Assembly: GCA_964016885.1 (NCBI GenBank) | Contig: OZ024745.1 | Coordinates: forward strand, 45,322,001 to 45,386,000 | Reading direction: 5' to 3' | Source of the DNA: Eledone cirrhosa | Lineage: Eukaryota | Length of the DNA: 64,000 nt | Shown: piece after piece, positions 56,451-64,000 of the stretch | How the letters are laid out: each line of letters starts with the position of its first letter | How positions within the stretch are numbered: position 1 is the first letter of the stretch | The notes under the pieces: model-generated | Databases searched by the model: none | Told to the model about the DNA's origin: nothing | What the model saw: the letters and a program-made list of their open reading frames with translations, nothing else | Program-made: the position numbers and the translations under genes

Positions 56451-57377
56451 GAGCAGACTTAGGACGTTGAAACGGAATAGAGATTATTAGACGATTAAGT
56501 CTCTAAAACTGATTTATATTTTGCGAAGGAGCATATTCCCGTGTCTGCGTTGTGCAGCAATCTAATATATACAGATACCCTCAACCTATACGCTAATATC
56601 AGAGAAAGGCTTTAGTCAAAATAACCTGGTTATCCACCAAAAACCAAAGATCAGGCCTTTCAGTCATTTTAAATGTATCTAACACAAGATACTAGATCCA
56701 TTACTAGTTAACGAAAGTATACTCAATATTTAATGAACTGCTTTCTCGTAGTTTATTTCGGTTTGAGATTTGTAAACATTGATCGATGCTTTGTTTCTAT
56801 CTACTTGAAAGTCCGGGTAGACACATATCTTATTCTGAATGTTGTAATCATGAAATTAATATGATCGCAATTGAATCATATAATATTGTACAATTACTGA
56901 AACATAGAAAGATATAATACTATGACAGTTTTGGTATAACACAAACTTAGAAGTGTAGTGATCGTCACCATATTGAATATTCTGTCTCCATCAGAAGTTT
57001 AATAACTTTTGACATTTCTACCTCAATAAACGATCTTCTCAAAGAAAGACATGTAACTGATATAATAGACTTTGGAGGGGAAACTGCGAGGTTAACACCA
57101 ATGTAATTTAAAAGCAAAACAATATGTGATACAAGGCTAGAGATTCTAAAAAGATGTAGCCATATGCCGTGTAGATATAATTGCCGTAATCATAGACTTC
57201 TTTCCTCTTACTTGAAACTCTAGGATTATTTATTAATCTTAACAGATCTTTTGATTAGGAATAGAAAAGAAAAGGGTTGGATCGCCATAATTTTAAACAT
57301 TCCATTTCTCATGTTAAAACCCGCCCAGGAATACTTTTTTTATAATGGGAGAGAGAGAGAGAAAGAATGGGAGAGAA

Positions 57378-57470
<93 letters not shown>

Positions 57471-57714
57471 AAGAGAGATTTTTTTCGTACGTTGAATCCA
57501 TATGTTCATTAAATTATGTTTAACTAAACTCTATGGGACATCTTATCAAATAACACTATTGTCAAAATTTCGGATTAAGCTGTTTCCCACTAGAAAGATT
57601 TAGATAAGACGATAGCATTTTCTAGAGGCGAAGTAAAACCAATGCCTATTAAATCTAAATAGTTGTGGGATCATATGTCACAATTGAAGCAAATTGAAAA
57701 AAGAAGGGAAACAT

Positions 57715-58289
57715 GATTTGAACTCTGATTCCACCAATCCACCGCCCTTTTACCAAAAATAAATAATGGTTTCTGATTTAAGCGCTAGGACAACATTCTG
57801 GAGGGAAAGAGAAAGTCGATTAAATCGACCCTAGTGCATTAATGGTACTTTATTTTATCGACCCGTAAGGATGAAAGGCGAAGCTAAACTGGGCTGGATT
57901 TGAAATCAGAACGTAAAGGGACGTAACTAAACGATACCACTGCATTACTGGTACTTTATTTTATCGACCCTGTAAGGATGAAAAGCAAAGCTAAACTGAG
58001 CAAGATTTGAACTCAGAACGTAAAGGGCCATAACTCTATGCCGACAAACATGGTGTCTGATCGTCTACCGATACTGCCAATCCACCGCCCCTAAATAAAT
58101 AAATAATTGTTTCTACTTTTGGCACAAGGCCAGCAATTATCCCAGTGTATTACTAGTACTTTATTTTATCGACCCCGTAAGGATGAAAGGCAAAGTTAAC
58201 CTCGGCGGGATTTGAACTCAGAATGGCAAGGGCCGTAACTCTATGCGTCAAAGCATGGCGTCAAATCCTCTACCGATACTGCCATCCAC
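57715..58289 (-). mobile_element. Cluster of same-orientation SINEs (head remnant, chimeric/duplicated copy 57765-58090, full copy 58105-58289)
   Basis: Three GGTACTTTATTTTATCGACCC-type cores; ATAAATAAT flanks the last copy. Confidence 0.9.
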
Positions 58290-58760
58290 ATAAATAATGA
58301 AATACAATTATACAGCAGACAGTTAATTATCCATTAAACATTAATTAGATAAAATATATTTTAGATGTGATTTTCAGTAGTTATTTCTTTTCTAAAAGTT
58401 CATATCGTGTGTATACATTATTACTATCTTTACTATTTCTATGGATTAATGAACAGATAAAAAGAGAAAAAAAAGAAAGATGTTCGTATATTACACTTAT
58501 GCCATATGTTTTTACGTTCCTGCGTTTTCCGTCGAGTTTTCTAAATTGGGCTAAGTGGGACAGCAAGCTGCTTTAATGTGATTTGGGAAAAGATATGGGA
58601 GATAAGGGAAAAAAATCATAAGCACGTAACCTAAAACGCATTAATTTAACAACAAACGTATTTATTAAACAAATAACTTAGTATACACGTTGGTATAAAT
58701 GGAGTATCTCAAATTACATAAGTGGGAATCATCCTTCCACCTATACAACTTTGGTATTTG

Positions 58761-58851
<91 letters not shown>

Positions 58852-59839
58852 ATGCAAAGAATAACCTAAAATATGAAAGCTTCACGAATCTGCAGTAAGG
58901 GAAACATTTCTAGTGAAGCTTTCTTGTTTTAGGTTACTTTACTAGGAATCTACCAATTGGTAACCTTGCATAAATTATTCTCTATATATATGGGTCTTTA
59001 ATTTAGATATATTTTAGGGATCTTTTCATTGAGATGTTCTGTATATTTGTGACAAATAACGTTCTGTTTCATATATATATATATATATATACTTAAATTT
59101 GGTTGTTCATTATTGGGTAGAAGTAAACTATAATGTAATATTATGAAAGCACTGGACGTTATACATGTCACCCATCTTTGATGTTGAATGTATATATATA
59201 AATATAACTTTTTCTTTCTCTATCTGCCCCCCCCCCCTCCTCTCTCTCTCTCTATATATATATAAGAATAAACGATCACAAATATTTAGCGCTGTATTAA
59301 AGAAAGATGACATGAGAAAATGATAGAAACAGCTATTTTACAAAATTATATATGAAACCGTTTTAATAATAGGAAAGTTCACTTTAACTTATTACTCCCT
59401 TTATGTATCATTTAAAAGACAAGAGAACCCCAGTTACTAGTTTCTAGTATAAATACGAAGCAAACATGCTTGAGGGAATGGGTAAATCATTGAAATTGAC
59501 TCCAGCATATGACTGGTACTTATTTCATCGACTCTGTTAGGATGAAAACTAATGTCGATGATGTTGACATTGGCAGTCGTTGTTGTTGTTGTTGTATGCT
59601 GCGGCTCTATACACCTGGTTTATATATTATTCATGGTGTTTCTCTCCTATAACTTAATGTGTTCACTTAGGTGGAGGAATTAATTCATTTCTTGCATCAT
59701 TAAGTGCTTAGGGAATACCTCAATTAATTCCACTGGTGATGCCCCATTGCAACAGCTTCGATGCGATATTTGAGATAACACACATACACACACACACACA
59801 TACACATATATATATACATATATACATACATATATATAC

Positions 59840-59942
<103 letters not shown>

Positions 59943-60232
59943 GCACCTGAGCACTGTACACAATAATTTCATTATTATTATTATTATTATTACATACATA
60001 CATACATGGTGGCTGCCAACTCGTTTTCGAGTACGGCCACTACTTTATATCCATGCAGGAGAACTCCTACCGATGAGCTGAACGAGTGTGACTTTTTAGT
60101 CCAGCCAGCGACTTGAAAACTCTGGTACAAACACTACACTTGTGACAATTACTGACACATAGTGCTGGGCCCATGGTAAAACAAAACCTGTCAAAGGGCA
60201 AAGGAGCTCTTAAGAGGCAATGATATACATAC

Positions 60233-60344
<112 letters not shown>

Positions 60345-60747
60345 ATAAAACTAAATATCACAAATCATTTTCTTTGGCGGTTTAGCGATTCTGTTTTTCG
60401 ACCACACCAAAACTAACGTTGAAGCTTCGGGCAGAAACCCGAGCACTGAAACTTGAAACGTAGAGGAAGGGGAGATATTCAATTTCTAGTACTTGACCTA
60501 CCACTGCCTTTTTCTGCTAGTTTCTGTTGAAATCCTTGGTATCCTCGGTTCCCAGTGTCGGCATCCCGCCTATGAAAGGAGTTTCTGAGATGGAATAACT
60601 GATGCAGTGGATATTCCTGGCTGTTCTCTGCGGCAATGTTTTCACGATCTTTTCCGCGAGACACAGATGACAAGAACAACCTAGGCAACGGTGTGGAGTT
60701 GACCTTTCCCTTCCTTTTCTTTGTTTCATTATTTATTTTTTCTCCAA

Positions 60748-60933
60748 GGGCGGTGGATTGGCAGTATCGGTAGAGGGTCGAACACCATGCTTTGACGCAT
60801 AGAGTTACTGCCCTTGCCATTCTGAGTCCAAATCCCGCCGAGGTTAACTTTGCCTTTCATCCTTACGAGGTCGATAAAATAAAGTACCAGTAATGTACTG
60901 GATAATTGCTGGCCTTGTGCCAAAAGTAAAAAA
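60748..60933 (+). mobile_element. Full-length tRNA-derived SINE with 18-bp TSD
   Basis: ATTATTTATTTTTTCTCC at 60728 and 60934. Confidence 0.95.
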
Positions 60934-61219
60934 ATTATTTATTTTTTCTCCCCTTTCCCTTATCTTTTTTTCCGTTACTTCTTTATTATTTTCATACAAT
61001 TTTGAAAAGTTTCCTCTTTGTATACTTTTGTATAACAATTATTATACACCACTATCATAATCTCCGAGTTATTCATGATGATCACTTTTCTAAATAGAAT
61101 TCTGTCATCATGTATTAGTAAGATTTAAATTTGAAATACATCTTATTTGCCAAAGTCAAAATGCGTACTAGGGTCATAAAATTTTAGCTCGTGTCTAATA
61201 AACCATGAGCTCTCTATGA

Positions 61220-61370
61220 TAATTTCTAATTTAAGTACAAGACGGAATATTTGAGGGTAAGGGAACGACGATTATATCGACCCCGGTTCTTGACTGATAC
61301 TTTATTTTATCGACCCCGGAAGGATGGCAGGCAAAGTTGATCTCTGCGAGAATTGATATCAAAACGTGTG
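61220..61370 (-). mobile_element. Degenerate SINE (long subfamily)
   Basis: CGATTATATCGACCCC..TACTTTATTTTATCGACCCCGGAAGGATGGCAGGCAAAGTTGA. Confidence 0.75.
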
Positions 61371-61883
61371 ATAACAATTTAAGACAATATACAATCAATG
61401 GTTTCTAATTCAAACAGGTCAGAGATTTATGGGGGGGGGGGATGTCTGCCCTCTTGCCCTAGGCCCAATGCCCAATCACCCGCCCCTTCACCCCTCCCCT
61501 CTCTTCCGCGACACCAGAACTCTTGCCATACCCTCCCCTCCCCGATCTTTTTCTTCTTTCTTTCTCTCCTTTATTTTCTATATTTCCCTATTCTTTCTTT
61601 CCCTTTGTTTCCTCTTCTTTTATTATTATTATTTCTACCTATAGTTACATTATAACTTTAGCATCTTTGAATAAATTTTAATATATCGTGAGAAAAAAAA
61701 AATCGATACATATATTTTACTGGGACATTATTTTATCAACAACGGAGGGATGGAAACAAATTTGACCTTAATATGCTTTTGAAATCAAAAGGTAAATAAT
61801 TTGAATACATATAGCAGAATATTTTGCCCGTCACACCAACGATTCCGCAAATACACCACTTTTTAAATATATATCTCATAAGG

Positions 61884-62098
61884 GTTTCTGATTTAGGCAC
61901 AAGGCCAACAATTTGGGGGAAAGGGAGGGTCGATTAAATCGACCCCAGTGCTTTACAGGTACTTTATTTTATCGACCCCGTAAGGATGAAAGTCAAAGCA
62001 AAACTTGGTGGGATTTGAAATCACAACATAAAGGGCCGAAACTCTATGCCACAAAGCATGTTGTCCGACTCTCTACCGATACTGCCAATCTATCGCCC
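61884..62098 (-). mobile_element. Full-length SINE (long subfamily), preceded by an older copy ~61700-61860
   Basis: Family consensus; imperfect TSD AATATATATCTCATAA / AATACATATCTAATAA. Confidence 0.9.
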
Positions 62099-62439
62099 TA
62101 ATACATATCTAATAATGCAAGAGACAATGATTATGATCATTTCACACCCGCTGGAAACTTCTCAGCTGATAAAAATGTATTTTTTTTGCTAAGAACAGAT
62201 TTTAATTAACAAAAACCCCTTAAATAAAACCCTAAAAACAAACAAACTGCAATTTTATTGTTACAATCCGGTATATTTACCATTATATGGCCTTTATCCA
62301 TTAACGAAAGGAATAGCGGATGTTGAGGGTATAGAAAGTAGGAGCTAATAAATACATAAAGTGTTAATGTTTCGGGAAGGTGAAGGAAGAAGACGGAGAT
62401 GGCGTGAATAATATGTCGTTGATAATGTTTATATTTCCG

Positions 62440-62610
62440 TCTTTAAGCATGTGGCTAGTAATTTGGCGATAGCTGATTATATTGATCTCAGTTCTTGACT
62501 GGTACTTCATTTGAAGGATTGACCTCGGCTGGGTTTGAACTGGGAACGTAAAGAAGAAGAACTGCTAAGTATTTCTCCGATGCTCTAACAACTCTGCCAA
62601 TCCACCACCC
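62440..62610 (-). mobile_element. Degenerate SINE
   Basis: GACTGGTACTT..TTGACCTCGGCTGGGTTTGAACT..CTGCCAATCCACCACCC. Confidence 0.7.
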
Positions 62611-62769
62611 TCATGATGAATATGATGATGATGATGATGATGATGTTTATAATGAGGTAGTATCATTTGTGAGGATAGGTCTGATGATATTTTACGGAAA
62701 TGTTTCAGTTAATCTGGAATCAATACTAAAAAGGTAGTATTTGAAAACCAAATTATCGAAATCAATCCT

Positions 62770-63010
62770 CTATACATCTCCTTCCCGTACCCCCACATTT
62801 CCGACTCCGGAAACTTATATCTTTGGGATCATGCAGTATATGAATTCCAGCATGTCAATTCTTATGGTCAATAAGCAAATGATGCAGGAAAAATGGAATA
62901 ATTCGAAAAAAGAAAAACTGGTTAAATTCAACTATAGAATATATAAATATGTGAAAACATTATCAATTTAGAAACAAAATGGGGTCAGACCATAGAAGGA
63001 TAATGCTCAA
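62770..63010 (+). mobile_element. Possible decayed Tc1/mariner transposase C-terminus
   Basis: Faint cross-frame motifs (YLWDH, KQMMQEKWNN) reminiscent of the region after SPDLNP; weak. Confidence 0.3.
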
Positions 63011-63097
63011 GTGTATCAGATTACTAATTTTCCAGCTGCAATATTATTGCTGGGAAAGACGCATACACATACACACAAATACACACACACACATATG

Positions 63098-63131
<34 letters not shown>

Positions 63132-63698
63132 TATTGAGAGAGATAGAGTGAGACAGAGAGAGACTGAAAGTAAAGTATTTCATTCCCACATTCTTACAAT
63201 CTTGTTGCAACCGTTCTTTTATGATAGGCTGTAGCTTGAACTCTAATCGGAAAGATTAAAATGTCAAGGTAACTATACGATATTAAGAGAAATTTCCCTT
63301 GAGATTTCAAGGTTACAAACTTTGCTTAAGGCCTTTCTCACTCATATTGCTATATTTCCCTCACCAAGTCTCAACTCATTTTCTTTCATTTTTTCTTCGT
63401 CTCATTTTCACTATAGTTCTCTTTTACTCTGTCTGCTTGTATGTTTGTATGTCTCTCTCTCTATCCCCTCTCTCTCACACACCCCTTCTCCCCACCCCTC
63501 TCTCTCACACTACCCCCTCTCTCTCTACTTCTATGCATAACATATCTATGTATAAATATGTAAGGTTATATAAAAATATAGATAAGCATTATTCACAGAA
63601 GTATGCATAAATACATAAATTCGTACATACATATATATATATATACATGCATGCATAGATATATACATTCATTCATACATATATACAAACATATATAT

Positions 63699-63808
<110 letters not shown>

Positions 63809-64000
63809 GCATACATATATACATACATATATGCATACATACATTCATGCCCACATAGGCACATACATATGTATCTACACACGTACCCACACATACATAT
63901 GTGCGTAAGTGTATTTATACATATATCTGTGACGGAATTTCAGGCTGTTTGTAATGCTTGCGGAATCCTGTGGGCAGAACATTATTTTGTAATACCACAA

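Noticed and set aside
60517-60729. Cys-rich ORF RCLGCSCHLCLAEK (piggyBac CRD- or PLE-like)
   Set aside because: Too short and ambiguous to assign without a profile search

Overview
Eukaryotic, AT- and microsatellite-rich, apparently non-genic DNA. The SINE families and repeat landscape resemble an octopus/cephalopod genome (inference from memory, not a database result). No host protein-coding gene could be supported. Contents: (1) a ~20 kb 24-bp CA-derived satellite with kb-scale higher-order duplications (1-20150), which explains the giant His/Thr/Tyr ORFs; (2) a near full-length but frameshifted L1/Tx1-clade LINE on the minus strand (~40965-46578), sitting in a GA-rich minisatellite; (3) many tRNA-derived SINEs, RTE and RLE-type LINE remnants, a non-autonomous Helitron and small MITEs. 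Most notable is a dense set of short elements lodged in or beside (TA)n tracts that carry type I hammerhead ribozyme motifs (CUGAnGA...GAAA...UH), many of the minimal Penelope type with a palindromic stem III. Several of these elements are near-perfect fold-back palindromes. In one family the turn lies in the hammerhead stem II loop and copy-specific variants are mirrored in both arms, which suggests snap-back priming during retrotransposition. All coordinates and structures were read by eye and need computational confirmation.
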